Shown piece after piece: positions 1-9,594 of a stretch of 64,000 nt of DNA. Position numbers and translations under genes: made by a program. Positions within the stretch are counted from its first letter, which is position 1, and each line of letters opens with the position of its first letter. The stretch comes from an uncultured Anaerovorax sp. Lineage in GTDB: Bacteria > Bacillota > Clostridia > Peptostreptococcales > Anaerovoracaceae. The stretch covers positions 2,095-66,094 of the forward strand of contig CAUQTI010000015.1 of NCBI GenBank assembly GCA_963521065.1, given 5' to 3'. Under the pieces are notes generated by a model, which saw nothing but the letters and a program-made list of their open reading frames with translations, was not told the DNA's origin and made no database searches.

Positions 1-1
1 T

Positions 2-244
2 GAAATTTTAATTTTAGATGAAGTATTATCTGTTGGAGATGGGGCTTTTCAAGAAAAAAGTGAGACTAAAATGAAGGAAATTATTAATGGCGGTGCAACG
101 ACATTTTTAGTATCACATTCACTGGCACAAGTTCGGAGAATGTGTGATAAGGTATTATGGCTAGATAAAGGAAAACAAATTGCTTTTGGTGAAACAAATA
201 AAATTTGTGATCAATATCAAAATTTTTTAAATAAGAAGCAGTAA
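2..244 (+). CDS. ABC transporter ATP-binding subunit of a polysaccharide/teichoic acid exporter (Wzt/TagH-like), 3' end only
   Basis: Manual translation from position 2: EILILDEVLSVGDGAFQEKS...TFLVSHSLAQVRRMCDKVLWLDKGKQIAFG...KKQ*. Walker B ILDE followed by LSVGD..F and the VSH switch are typical of Wzt/TagH. Confidence 0.85.
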   Translation, partial: EILILDEVLSVGDGAFQEKSETKMKEIINGGATTFLVSHSLAQVRRMCDKVLWLDKGKQIAFGETNKICDQYQNFLNKKQ

Positions 245-385
245 ATTTTAGTAACTGGTGGTGTCGGACATATAGGAGCTGTCGTGAAGATTCAATATTA
301 TTGTTTTAGATAATGTGTACACTGAACATAAATGAGAACTCTCAAGTGACAGGAATATAATAGTAGGAGATAGAAAGTAATTTTT
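245..385 (+). pseudogene. Degenerate 5' remnant of a GalE-like NAD-dependent epimerase
   Basis: 245-280 reads ILVTGGVGHIGA; in another frame 297-332 reads IIVLDNVYTEHK*; IVGDR occurs near 360-374. These match, in order, the GalE motifs ILVTGGAGYIGS, VVLDNLSTGH and GDIR, but with no start codon and with frameshift and stops. Confidence 0.55.
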
Positions 386-564
386 TAAGAGTTTGGAAAT
401 GCAATGTATTTATTTTTAATATGTATAAGGGCTGTTTAGGTTAGAAATTATTAGATAGATTGGATATTTAATAAAAAGTATTTTAAATTACAGGAAAGTT
501 TGTTGAATGACAATTACTTAGAAGTTAATGCAAATAGAAAGAATAAGTAAAAACGGAAGAAGTA

Positions 565-1689
565 TTGAATGTTATGAAGATTAAAAATATAAGATGCATT
601 ATAAAAATTTCAATTTTCATAAGTGGTTTAGTTGTCATATTATCCCCCCTATTGTTCTGTGGGGAGTTATATCCAATTAAATATGTGGTGAGTAAACAGA
701 TAACAAGTAAAAATCAAGTTACTTATGGATTAGCTTACGAGGATTTAAACCGTTATTATAAGCTTGAGTCATTAAAGAACAGAGACGTTTCTATTTGTGC
801 ATTAGGATCTTCTAGAGTTATGCAATTTAAAGATATTTTTTTTGAAGATTCGTTTTATAATGCTGGTGGTGCTTGTGCAGGGATCAATGAATTTGAACCT
901 TTTTTAAAGTCCTTAGATAAAGAAAGATTGCCAAAATATCTTCTTGTTTCTTTAGATGAATATTATTTTAATGAAAATTGGTCGGGGAAACTAAAAAATA
1001 TTAATAGTTCTTTTTTTCTGAAATATCCAAAGAGAAAATCGATTAACACTTTATTTCGTGAAATATGGATGGACTATAAATGCGATAAATTAAATATTTC
1101 AGATTTAATAAAGGATAAAAATAAAATTGGTATTGTAGCTAAAGTAAGAAATGACGGATTTAGAAAAGATGGGTCTTATTATTATGCGGCTAGTTATGCC
1201 GCTGCAATAGAAAATAGCAGTAAAGTTAGACCTGCAATTGAAGATACACTGGAACGAATTAGAACTGGAACAAGACGATATGAATATGGTGAAGAGATTA
1301 ATCCTGATGCATTGATTTATTTAAAATCATTTTTACAATATTGTAAGGAAAATGAGATTATTGTTATAGGATTTTTGCCACCAATTTCGTCAGTTGCGCT
1401 AGGTGAAATTAAGTATCGTCAAGAAAAATATAAATATTTTTTTGAACTATCTCCAACACTGAAAGACATATTTGATTTTTATGGGTATGAATATTATAAT
1501 TTTTCCAATGTTAGTTCGCTAGGATGTAGTGACGAATATTTCATTGATGGATTTCATGGGTCTAGTGTAGTTTACTTAAGAATGTTGAAAAGTATGTTGT
1601 TGCAAGGATCTATATTGCAAGATATTTGTGATATAGATAACTTAGAATATTGGGACAAGCATAAGAAGTCAACATATACAGTAGATTAG
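565..1689 (+). CDS. Membrane-anchored SGNH/DltD-like protein, putative glycan O-acyltransferase component
   Basis: N-terminal TM helix, LGSSRVMQF block I serine motif, C-terminal DGFH (DxxH). Confidence 0.55.
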   Translation: MNVMKIKNIRCIIKISIFISGLVVILSPLLFCGELYPIKYVVSKQITSKNQVTYGLAYEDLNRYYKLESLKNRDVSICALGSSRVMQFKDIFFEDSFYNAGGACAGINEFEPFLKSLDKERLPKYLLVSLDEYYFNENWSGKLKNINSSFFLKYPKRKSINTLFREIWMDYKCDKLNISDLIKDKNKIGIVAKVRNDGFRKDGSYYYAASYAAAIENSSKVRPAIEDTLERIRTGTRRYEYGEEINPDALIYLKSFLQYCKENEIIVIGFLPPISSVALGEIKYRQEKYKYFFELSPTLKDIFDFYGYEYYNFSNVSSLGCSDEYFIDGFHGSSVVYLRMLKSMLLQGSILQDICDIDNLEYWDKHKKSTYTVD

Positions 1690-1711
1690 ATCGAGAACTG
1701 AGGGATAAAGA

Positions 1712-3088
1712 ATGCATTTGCCAGAGGTAATTATTATTTATGAACACAAAGTAAGAGAGATTCAGTATTGCTATCTTTTGAAATATGAATTAGAGAAAAG
1801 AGGGTACCATGTAAAAGTTTGTCATCATTCCTTTGGCAAGATTGTATTATATAAATTACTTGCCAGACCGAAAGTAGTTATTTCATTATGCGGGCTGACT
1901 GTTGAGTTGCAAGATAATTGGGCTGTAATTAATCAGCACCGTGATTTTCTTAGGGGAAGATCCCCTTACTTTATTAATTTGCAGGTGGAACAACTTTTTC
2001 GTGATGAACATGCGGCATATAATGTTATATTAAACGATGAGAATGTGGAAGGTTTATATTATATTTGTTGGGGTGAGCACAGAAGAAGGCAGTTACTGAA
2101 TTTAGGTATCAATGAAGATTATATAGTTTTAGCAGGTGCTTTGCATTTAGATTTTTTGAAATCTCCATTAAATAAAATTTACTTAGATAAGCATGAAGTT
2201 GGAAAAAGATATGATTTGAATATTTCTAAACCATGGAATTTGTTTATTTCAAGTTATCCGTATGTTTCCTATGATGAAAAAACTTTAAAATGGGCGTTAG
2301 GAGTAATGAATAGGAGCGGGGTAGCGACTTCTATTGAGGAGCTACGTACTTTAAGAGAAATATCTATAAGATCTCAGGAGACTACTTTAGAATGGATAGA
2401 AACTTATTTATCCAGTGCAGATGTAGTTTTTATTTATAGGCCTCATCCGGGTGAAAAAAAGTCTGAAAAAATTTGTAACTTACTAAAGAAATACCCCCAA
2501 AAATTCTTTTATATATCAGAGCTTTCAATTCAACAATGGATATGTGTTAGTGAAGTTATAAATGTATGGGTCAGCACTGCAATTGCAGAAGTGTATGCTG
2601 CAGGTAAGATGTGTAACGTGGTACAACCATTTATGGTTCCTAATCGTTTAAAAGCGCCAATCTATGATATTTGTATACCTATTTCAACATATGAAGAATT
2701 TATAGAAGCTCAGAATCAGACAGTATTTAATAAAGACAAATTTCCCATTTCCCCAAAAGCTTTAGATGCTTATTATTATAGTGATGACATACCTGCATAT
2801 AAAAGAGTTTGCGATTTAACTCAACGACTATTAGAAAGAAAACATTGGAAGAGAGTGAGGGGTAAGTTTAGCTTCTCAAGAATTTTTAGTAGAGCTTTTA
2901 TTTATGAACTTTATACGTCTATATATGCAAAGTTTAATGTTAAGTTTAGTTATGTTTTACCTTTCAGAAAAAAAGATTTTATACGTGCTGAGAAAATTTA
3001 TGATGAACGCTATAGAGAAGAGTGCGAACTAAATGATTCAGAACAACAAATAAAAAGTATAATTAAGGAGATTGTATTCGAGGAGTAG
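1712..3088 (+). CDS. Surface carbohydrate biosynthesis protein, putative GT-B glycosyltransferase (paralog 1)
   Basis: Motifs YEHKVRE, CWG, FIYRPHPGE and STAIAE; lies directly upstream of the pse genes; clear paralog of the next ORF. Confidence 0.55.
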   Translation: MHLPEVIIIYEHKVREIQYCYLLKYELEKRGYHVKVCHHSFGKIVLYKLLARPKVVISLCGLTVELQDNWAVINQHRDFLRGRSPYFINLQVEQLFRDEHAAYNVILNDENVEGLYYICWGEHRRRQLLNLGINEDYIVLAGALHLDFLKSPLNKIYLDKHEVGKRYDLNISKPWNLFISSYPYVSYDEKTLKWALGVMNRSGVATSIEELRTLREISIRSQETTLEWIETYLSSADVVFIYRPHPGEKKSEKICNLLKKYPQKFFYISELSIQQWICVSEVINVWVSTAIAEVYAAGKMCNVVQPFMVPNRLKAPIYDICIPISTYEEFIEAQNQTVFNKDKFPISPKALDAYYYSDDIPAYKRVCDLTQRLLERKHWKRVRGKFSFSRIFSRAFIYELYTSIYAKFNVKFSYVLPFRKKDFIRAEKIYDERYREECELNDSEQQIKSIIKEIVFEE

Positions 3089-3096
3089 TAGGAAAC

Positions 3097-4494
3097 ATGC
3101 CAGAAATATTAATTGTGTATGAACATAAAGTACGAGATTATCCGAGTTGTGTATTATTGAGTGAGGAACTGAAGAGAAGAGGATATTCAGTCGGAATTTG
3201 TCACTTGAATTTTCATTATAAATGGTTATACCAAATGTTTGCTAAACCGAAAATTGTCATAGGGAGTGCAGCTAGCTTGCATGAGATTGTCCCGCGATAT
3301 ACTTTTTATGATAATATGGTTGATATGCGAAGAGGAAGGGCACCATTTTTTCTAAATTTACAGATGGAACAGGTGTTTAGAGATGGAAATGAACAATATG
3401 GAATTATTTTAGATTCAAATTATATAGATAGCATTCATTATGTCTGTTGGGGAGAAAAGCGAAAAGAACAACTTATAAAGTATGGTATAAAGGAAGACAA
3501 GATTGTTGTTTCAGGAGCAACTCATTTAGATTTTTTACAAGATTATATGGATGGATATTATTTGAATAAGGAAGAAATATCTAAACGTTATAAACTTGAT
3601 GAAAAGAAAAAGTGGATATTGTACATATCAGGATTTTTATGGGCTAGTCAGTCTGAAAGTACAGTTTTATGGCAGCATGAGATTAATAAAAAAGAGGGAG
3701 AGGAGATTGACTGCGAACGGATTATTAATGCAAGAAATGTTTGCATTCAGTCAAGAAAAATTACTTTAGATTGGGTGGAGAAATATCTAGATGAAAATGA
3801 TATTGTATTTATATATAGGCCGCACCCAGGTGAGAAGGAAAATGAAGCAATTAAACGATTGAAACATAAATTTTCGGAAAAATTTTATGTAATTCGAGAA
3901 GAGTCGGTACAACAGTGGATTAAGGTTTGTGAAACTATTGATGTTTGGACTAGTACGGCAGTAACAGAAATTTATTCTGCAAAAAAAGCTTGCAATATTA
4001 TTCAGCCAATTGAATTGGATTCAATGATTGTACCAATCGTTTTAGATGGATGTTCTGCATTAAGAACATTTCATGAGTTCAAGGTTTCTCAAAGTGAACG
4101 GGAGTTTAATGAAAATCAATTTCCTATTAATCATAAGAAAGTTCAGCAATACTATGCGATTGAAAAACAGCGTGTATATCCTGCTTATTTAAAGATTTGT
4201 GATTTCGTTGAAAAAATCATGCAAAAATCAATACCGGAAGTGGGAAATGGAAAATTTATAAAAGTACTTTTTTGCAGTAAAGAATATTGGAAATGGAGAT
4301 ATATGGGATTTTATGCAGCGACCCATGTAAGACTTAGTAAAATAATGCTATATAAGAGGAAGAGCTTCAGAGCACTGGAAAATGCCTATAATAATAGTCA
4401 TGTTCGGTTTGACTTAGAGTTAACAGAGGAAGATAAATTATTAGGAAGACGTATAAGAAGCATTGTAAATAGAATTGCTGAAATATATAAGTAA
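3097..4494 (+). CDS. Surface carbohydrate biosynthesis protein, putative GT-B glycosyltransferase (paralog 2)
   Basis: Motifs YEHKVRD, CWG, FIYRPHPGE and STAVTE; collinear similarity with 1712..3088. Confidence 0.55.
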   Translation: MPEILIVYEHKVRDYPSCVLLSEELKRRGYSVGICHLNFHYKWLYQMFAKPKIVIGSAASLHEIVPRYTFYDNMVDMRRGRAPFFLNLQMEQVFRDGNEQYGIILDSNYIDSIHYVCWGEKRKEQLIKYGIKEDKIVVSGATHLDFLQDYMDGYYLNKEEISKRYKLDEKKKWILYISGFLWASQSESTVLWQHEINKKEGEEIDCERIINARNVCIQSRKITLDWVEKYLDENDIVFIYRPHPGEKENEAIKRLKHKFSEKFYVIREESVQQWIKVCETIDVWTSTAVTEIYSAKKACNIIQPIELDSMIVPIVLDGCSALRTFHEFKVSQSEREFNENQFPINHKKVQQYYAIEKQRVYPAYLKICDFVEKIMQKSIPEVGNGKFIKVLFCSKEYWKWRYMGFYAATHVRLSKIMLYKRKSFRALENAYNNSHVRFDLELTEEDKLLGRRIRSIVNRIAEIYK

Positions 4495-4514
4495 AGAAAT
4501 TATGTGAGGTTACT

Positions 4515-5507
4515 ATGTTAAATGGAAAAACTATACTGATTACTGGCGGAACCGGATCTTTTGGTAAAAATTTTATTCGCACAGCTTTGCGTGATTATAA
4601 ACCCAAGAAAATTATTGTTTACTCTAGGGATGAATTTAAACAATGGCAATTATCCGATTCACTAAAAGAATATTCAGAAGTTATGAGGTATTTTATTGGA
4701 GATGTACGTGACAAAGAGAGGATGAAAAGAGCTTTTAATGGGGTGGATTATGTTATTCATGCAGCGGCAATGAAGCAAGTGCCCGCATGTGAATATAATC
4801 CTATTGAAGCAATTAAGACAAATATAGTTGGTGCAACAAATGTAATTGATTGTGCATTAGATTGTGGTGTAAAGAAAGTTGTAGCATTATCAACAGATAA
4901 AGCAGTAAATCCTATAAATTTATATGGGGGGACAAAGTTAGTATCTGATAAATTGTTTGTCGCAGCGAATTCTTATGCTGGAATGAATGGAACAATTTTT
5001 TCTGTCGTACGATATGGAAATGTAGCTGGTAGCAGGGGATCTGTAATACCATTTTTTAAACACTTAATAGAACAAGGGAAAACGAGTTTACCAATTACCG
5101 ATTATCGGATGAGTAGATTTTGGATTAATTTGGATCAAGGTGTTGATTTAGTCATAAAGGCTCTTGATGAGGCTCAAGGTGGAGAAACGTTTATATCAAA
5201 AATTCCTTCTTTTAAAATTACTGATCTCGCGCAAGCAATGCTTCCAGGATGTAAAATGCAGGAAGTAGGTATACGTGAAGGTGAGAAATTACATGAAATT
5301 ATGGTAACAAGAGAAGATGCTCCAAATACATTGGAATTTGATAACCATTTTGTTATTTATCCTCAAATAAAGTGGGAAAATCAGGGGCAAAGAAATTGTA
5401 ATGGAGGGATTGCCGTTATAGATGAGTTTGAATATAGTTCAGGAAAGAATAATTGGTGGCTAAGTGTTGAAGACTTACAAAAAAGATTAAATTTAATGAA
5501 TTTTTAA
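4515..5507 (+). CDS. pseB: UDP-N-acetylglucosamine 4,6-dehydratase (inverting)
   Basis: ITGGTGSFG, YSRDEFKQ, HAAAMKQVPACEYNP, LSTDKAVNPINLYGGTKL, VRYGNVAGSRGSV, GIREGEKLHE. Confidence 0.93.
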   Translation: MLNGKTILITGGTGSFGKNFIRTALRDYKPKKIIVYSRDEFKQWQLSDSLKEYSEVMRYFIGDVRDKERMKRAFNGVDYVIHAAAMKQVPACEYNPIEAIKTNIVGATNVIDCALDCGVKKVVALSTDKAVNPINLYGGTKLVSDKLFVAANSYAGMNGTIFSVVRYGNVAGSRGSVIPFFKHLIEQGKTSLPITDYRMSRFWINLDQGVDLVIKALDEAQGGETFISKIPSFKITDLAQAMLPGCKMQEVGIREGEKLHEIMVTREDAPNTLEFDNHFVIYPQIKWENQGQRNCNGGIAVIDEFEYSSGKNNWWLSVEDLQKRLNLMNF

Positions 5508-5540
5508 ATGAGAGAAATGCTAAATATTGGGAGATTTTAA

Positions 5541-6254
5541 ATGGAACAAAAATCTAGTATCGCGATAATAACAGCTAGAGGTGGGAGTAAAAGAATTCCA
5601 AGAAAAAATGTAAGACTATTTTGTGGACGTCCTATAATTGAATATTCGATAAAAGCTGCATTGGAAGCAGAAATCTTTGATGAAGTCATGGTTTCTACAG
5701 ATGATGAAGAGATTTCAGAAATAGCTAAGGAAAATGGAGCGAAAGTACCTTTTTTCAGAAGTAGAGAGTTATCTGATGACTATGCAACTACAGCGCAGGT
5801 TATAGCGGAGGTGCTATCATGTTATCATGCACTTGGGAAAGACTTTGATCAAATTTGTTGCATATATCCAACGGCACCTTTTGTTTCGCCTTTGAAACTG
5901 AGAAAGGGAATGAAGTTATTAGAGAAAGGGAACGCTGTGCTACCCGTTGTGAAATATTCCTTTCCGCCTCAACGGGCGTTTATTATTAATGAGAAGGGGT
6001 GTGCACAGTATTATTGGCCGGAGAATAAGGATGCACGTTCTCAGGATTTGGATTCTTGGTATCACGACAGTGGTCAATTTTATTGCATCAGGATGGATGC
6101 TTTCAATAATAGTCATTCATTAATTCCAAGTAGAACCATACCCATGATAGTGCCTGAATTAGAGGTTCAAGATATTGATACAGAAGAAGATTGGGAAATA
6201 GCAGAATTGAAATATCAATTAATGATAAATGATATAGTGAGGAAAGATAGGTGA
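5541..6254 (+). CDS. pseF: Pseudaminic acid cytidylyltransferase
   Basis: IITARGGSKRIPRKN, VSTDDEEI, CCIYPTAPF, RSQDL..YHDSGQFY, VQDIDTEEDW. Confidence 0.9.
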   Translation: MEQKSSIAIITARGGSKRIPRKNVRLFCGRPIIEYSIKAALEAEIFDEVMVSTDDEEISEIAKENGAKVPFFRSRELSDDYATTAQVIAEVLSCYHALGKDFDQICCIYPTAPFVSPLKLRKGMKLLEKGNAVLPVVKYSFPPQRAFIINEKGCAQYYWPENKDARSQDLDSWYHDSGQFYCIRMDAFNNSHSLIPSRTIPMIVPELEVQDIDTEEDWEIAELKYQLMINDIVRKDR

Positions 6255-6260
6255 TTTCAA

Positions 6261-7454
6261 ATGGAGAAACTCGCACTATATGGAGGTAAACCAGTCCGGG
6301 ATGAATATTTGAATTATGGGAAGCAATATATTGATGAGGAAGATATTACTGCTGTTACAGAAGTTTTAAAAAGTGAATTTTTGACATGTGGGCCTAAGGT
6401 CAAAGAAATGGAGGACTCACTTTGTAATATTACAGGTGCTAACCATACAGTGGCGGTTTCTAATGGAACTGCCGCACTACACTTGGCTTGTATGGCAGCT
6501 GAAATATGCTCTGGCGATGAAGTTATTGTATCTCCTATTACATTTGCTGCATCTGCTAATAGTATTAGATATTGCGGTGGAAAGCCTGTTTTTGCTGATA
6601 TAGATTCTAAATCATGGGAAATTTCTCCACAATGTATTGAAGAAAAGATTACAACTAAAACAAAAGCCGTAATAGCAGTGGATTTTATGGGCCAAGCTGT
6701 TAAATTAAATGAGATTTCTAAAATTTGCAGAAAATATGGATTAATACTGATAGAGGATGCAGCACACTCTATTGGTACAAAGTACTGTGGTAAAATGGTA
6801 GGGGACATTGCTGATCTCACTACATTCAGTTTTCATCCAGTAAAAACAATTACTGCTGGTGAAGGTGGTGCAGTTTTAACAAATGATGAAAAAATGTATT
6901 TAAAAGTTTTAGAAGCTAGAAGTCATGGAATTACTCGTGATAAAAATCGAATGGAATATAGGCAGGAAGGTGATTGGTACTATGAACAAAAATTCTTAGG
7001 GTATAATTATCGCATCACTGATTTACAAGCAGCGCTTTGTTGTAGTCAATTAAAAAAATTAGAAATATTTGCAGAGAGACGAAAGAAATTAGTTTCAATG
7101 TACAATGAACAATTTCAGTCGATGCCAGGTGTTCAGATTCCACTAGAAATAGAAGATTCAGATACAGTTCGACATTTATACATGATTTGGATTGATTTAA
7201 AAAGGCTAACAGCTGATAGAAAAACAATATTCAATGCATTAAGAGCTGAGAACATAGGTGTAAATGTTCACTATATACCCGTTTATTGGTTGCCCGACTA
7301 TCAGAGGTTGGGTTATGAGAAAGGGTTGTGCCCTAATGCAGAGAAGTTTTATGAAGGCGCAATTACACTTCCTTTACATTATCAGATGACTGATGATGAT
7401 ATTTTTGATGTTGTTTTAGCAGTTAAAAAAGTTTTATCGTATTTTGAGAAGTAA
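6261..7454 (+). CDS. pseC: UDP-4-amino-4,6-dideoxy-N-acetyl-beta-L-altrosamine transaminase (DegT family)
   Basis: YGKQYIDEEDI, SNGTAALHLA, EDAAHSIG, FSFHPVKTITAGEGG (PLP lysine), HGITRD, GYNYRITD, VNVHYIPVY. Confidence 0.9.
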   Translation: MEKLALYGGKPVRDEYLNYGKQYIDEEDITAVTEVLKSEFLTCGPKVKEMEDSLCNITGANHTVAVSNGTAALHLACMAAEICSGDEVIVSPITFAASANSIRYCGGKPVFADIDSKSWEISPQCIEEKITTKTKAVIAVDFMGQAVKLNEISKICRKYGLILIEDAAHSIGTKYCGKMVGDIADLTTFSFHPVKTITAGEGGAVLTNDEKMYLKVLEARSHGITRDKNRMEYRQEGDWYYEQKFLGYNYRITDLQAALCCSQLKKLEIFAERRKKLVSMYNEQFQSMPGVQIPLEIEDSDTVRHLYMIWIDLKRLTADRKTIFNALRAENIGVNVHYIPVYWLPDYQRLGYEKGLCPNAEKFYEGAITLPLHYQMTDDDIFDVVLAVKKVLSYFEK

Positions 7455-7458
7455 GAAC

Positions 7459-8502
7459 ATGAGAAAATTTGAAGAAATATTAAGTAAAAAAGTTTATATA
7501 ATTGCAGAGATGTCAGCTAATCATGCTGGTATGCTTCAGCATGCGTTAGAAATTGTCAGGGCTGCAAAAGAGGCGGGTGCAGATTGTTTGAAAATACAGA
7601 CATATACTCCTGACACTTTAACGATTCCTTGTGAGAATGAGTATTTTAAAATAAAAGGTGGACTTTGGGATGGAAGTTCTTTGTATCATCTTTATGAAAA
7701 AGCATATACTCCTTGGGAATGGCATAAAGAGATTAAAATGGAGTGCGAAAAAGTTGGATTGGACTTTTTATCTACCCCTTTTGACAACACAGCGGTTGAT
7801 TTTTTGGAAGAACTTGGAGTCGAATTTTATAAAATTGCTTCTTTTGAACTAGTTGATATTCCTCTTATACGTTATGTAGCAAAAAAGAAAAAACCTATTA
7901 TAATGTCTTGCGGGATGGCTAACGAAACGGAGATTAATGAGGCAGTTGAAGCAGCTCGTAGTGAAGGCAATGACGAAATAATTTTATTAAAGTGCTGCAG
8001 TGAGTATCCTGCAAATTATGATGATATGAATTTAGCTACCATCCCGTATATGGCCGAAATTTTTGGGTTACCGATTGGTTTATCAGATCACTCTATGGGA
8101 TACATAGCAGATGTTATAGCAGTAGCGTTAGGAGCGAGGGTTATTGAGAAACATTTTTGCATAACTAGAGATATTGAAAATCCAGACAGTAAATTTTCCA
8201 TGGAATTTGATGAATTCAAAGAGATGGTTAAGCAAGTAAGAGATGCTAAAAAGATTGTTGGATTAAGAAAATGTGAGCTAAGTGAAGCAGAGAAGGCAAG
8301 TCTGATATTTAGAAAATCTATTTTTGCTGTGAAAGATATAAAAGCTGGGGACATTTTTACTGAAAAAAATATTAGAGTGATACGACCAGGTTATGGAATA
8401 AAACCTAAATATTACGAAACTATTAAGGGAATGAATGCTTCAAAAGATATAAAACGTGGTGAACCCATTTCATTTGATTTAATAAACGGTGTAATTAAAT
8501 GA
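7459..8502 (+). CDS. pseI: Pseudaminic acid synthase (NeuB family, C-terminal SAF domain)
   Basis: IIAEMSANHAG, KIQTYTPDTLT, GLWDG..LY.LYEKAYTPWEWH, KIASFE, GLSDHSMG, IEKHF, IRPGYG. The ATG at 7459 is preferred over the TTG at 7444. Confidence 0.92.
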   Translation: MRKFEEILSKKVYIIAEMSANHAGMLQHALEIVRAAKEAGADCLKIQTYTPDTLTIPCENEYFKIKGGLWDGSSLYHLYEKAYTPWEWHKEIKMECEKVGLDFLSTPFDNTAVDFLEELGVEFYKIASFELVDIPLIRYVAKKKKPIIMSCGMANETEINEAVEAARSEGNDEIILLKCCSEYPANYDDMNLATIPYMAEIFGLPIGLSDHSMGYIADVIAVALGARVIEKHFCITRDIENPDSKFSMEFDEFKEMVKQVRDAKKIVGLRKCELSEAEKASLIFRKSIFAVKDIKAGDIFTEKNIRVIRPGYGIKPKYYETIKGMNASKDIKRGEPISFDLINGVIK

Positions 8503-8526
8503 CAAATTAAAAGTAAGGGGGCTTTT

Positions 8527-9594
8527 ATGATAGCGTTTAGGGTAGATGCTAATGATAAGGTTGGGATGGGGCATTTAATGAGAAGTGTTGCTATTGCACA
8601 GGAATTAAAAGAATTGGGTGCTCAGGTTATTTTTGTGACTTCTGATTTAAGTTCAAAAGTTTATTTGGATAGTTTCAATATTAATTCTTTACAGCTTAAT
8701 TCTAAGTGGGACAATCTAGATGGAGAAGTTGCACAAATAGTTGATGTTATTAGGGCTAAGCAAATATCATTATTGGTAATTGATAGTTACCAAGTAACGA
8801 AAAATTATTTGGATAAGATGATACAATATACAACGATTGCATATATTGATGATTTTGCAAATCAGATATGGCCTACTGATATTATAATAAATTATAATGT
8901 TTCAGCATCGGAGCAATGGTATAAGCGGAATTATAAAGAAAAAAAGATTTTAGTAGGACCTTATTATGTACCTTTAAGAAAAGAGTTTCGCAACATAAAA
9001 ATAAATCCATTAAGATTTGAAGTAAATGATATATTTATCTCAACGGGAAGTACTGATTTATATAATTTTGCAGTGCAATTTTTAAATATAGCTTTGAGAA
9101 GAGAAGATACTAGGAAACTACGGTACCATCTTATTATAGGTAAATATTTTCAAAAAATAGAACAGTTGCAACTTATTAAAGAAGAAAATGAAAATGTGTA
9201 TTTATATAAAAATGTAGAATCTATAAGTACAATTATGAGTAAATGTGACGTGGCAATTTCTGCTGCAGGGTCGACATTATATGAACTATGCGCTTGTGGT
9301 GTTCCTACAATAACCTTTAGCTTTGCAGACAATCAAATTTTGCCAAGGACTATTTTCGGGAAAAAGAATATTATGATAGATTGCGGTGATTTTAGAGAAG
9401 AACACGAGACTTGTATAGATAATATTATAGATGCTATTCATATGTTGCAATCGCTAGTATTAAGAAATACGTTGAGAGAAAAAGGTAGAAGGTTAGTTGC
9501 AGGAGGAGAGGGTGCGCTAGAATTGGCAAAACGTCTTAAAGATAAATTGGAAACGGAGGACATGAATCATGAATGCAAACATTTTGATGGATGA
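8527..9594 (+). CDS. pseG: UDP-2,4-diacetamido-2,4,6-trideoxy-beta-L-altropyranose hydrolase
   Basis: FRVDANDKVGMGHLMRS, LVIDSY, YIDD, PLRKEF, ISAAGSTLYEL..GVP, ADNQ. No fused GNAT domain is visible. Confidence 0.88.
   Translation: MIAFRVDANDKVGMGHLMRSVAIAQELKELGAQVIFVTSDLSSKVYLDSFNINSLQLNSKWDNLDGEVAQIVDVIRAKQISLLVIDSYQVTKNYLDKMIQYTTIAYIDDFANQIWPTDIIINYNVSASEQWYKRNYKEKKILVGPYYVPLRKEFRNIKINPLRFEVNDIFISTGSTDLYNFAVQFLNIALRREDTRKLRYHLIIGKYFQKIEQLQLIKEENENVYLYKNVESISTIMSKCDVAISAAGSTLYELCACGVPTITFSFADNQILPRTIFGKKNIMIDCGDFREEHETCIDNIIDAIHMLQSLVLRNTLREKGRRLVAGGEGALELAKRLKDKLETEDMNHECKHFDG

Noticed and set aside
4515..9594. Legionaminic or sialic acid pathway instead of pseudaminic acid
   Set aside because: The dehydratase, synthase, cytidylyltransferase and hydrolase motifs are PseB/I/F/G-type, and no NeuC-type epimerase is present. 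The CapD-like gene at 30569 is separate.
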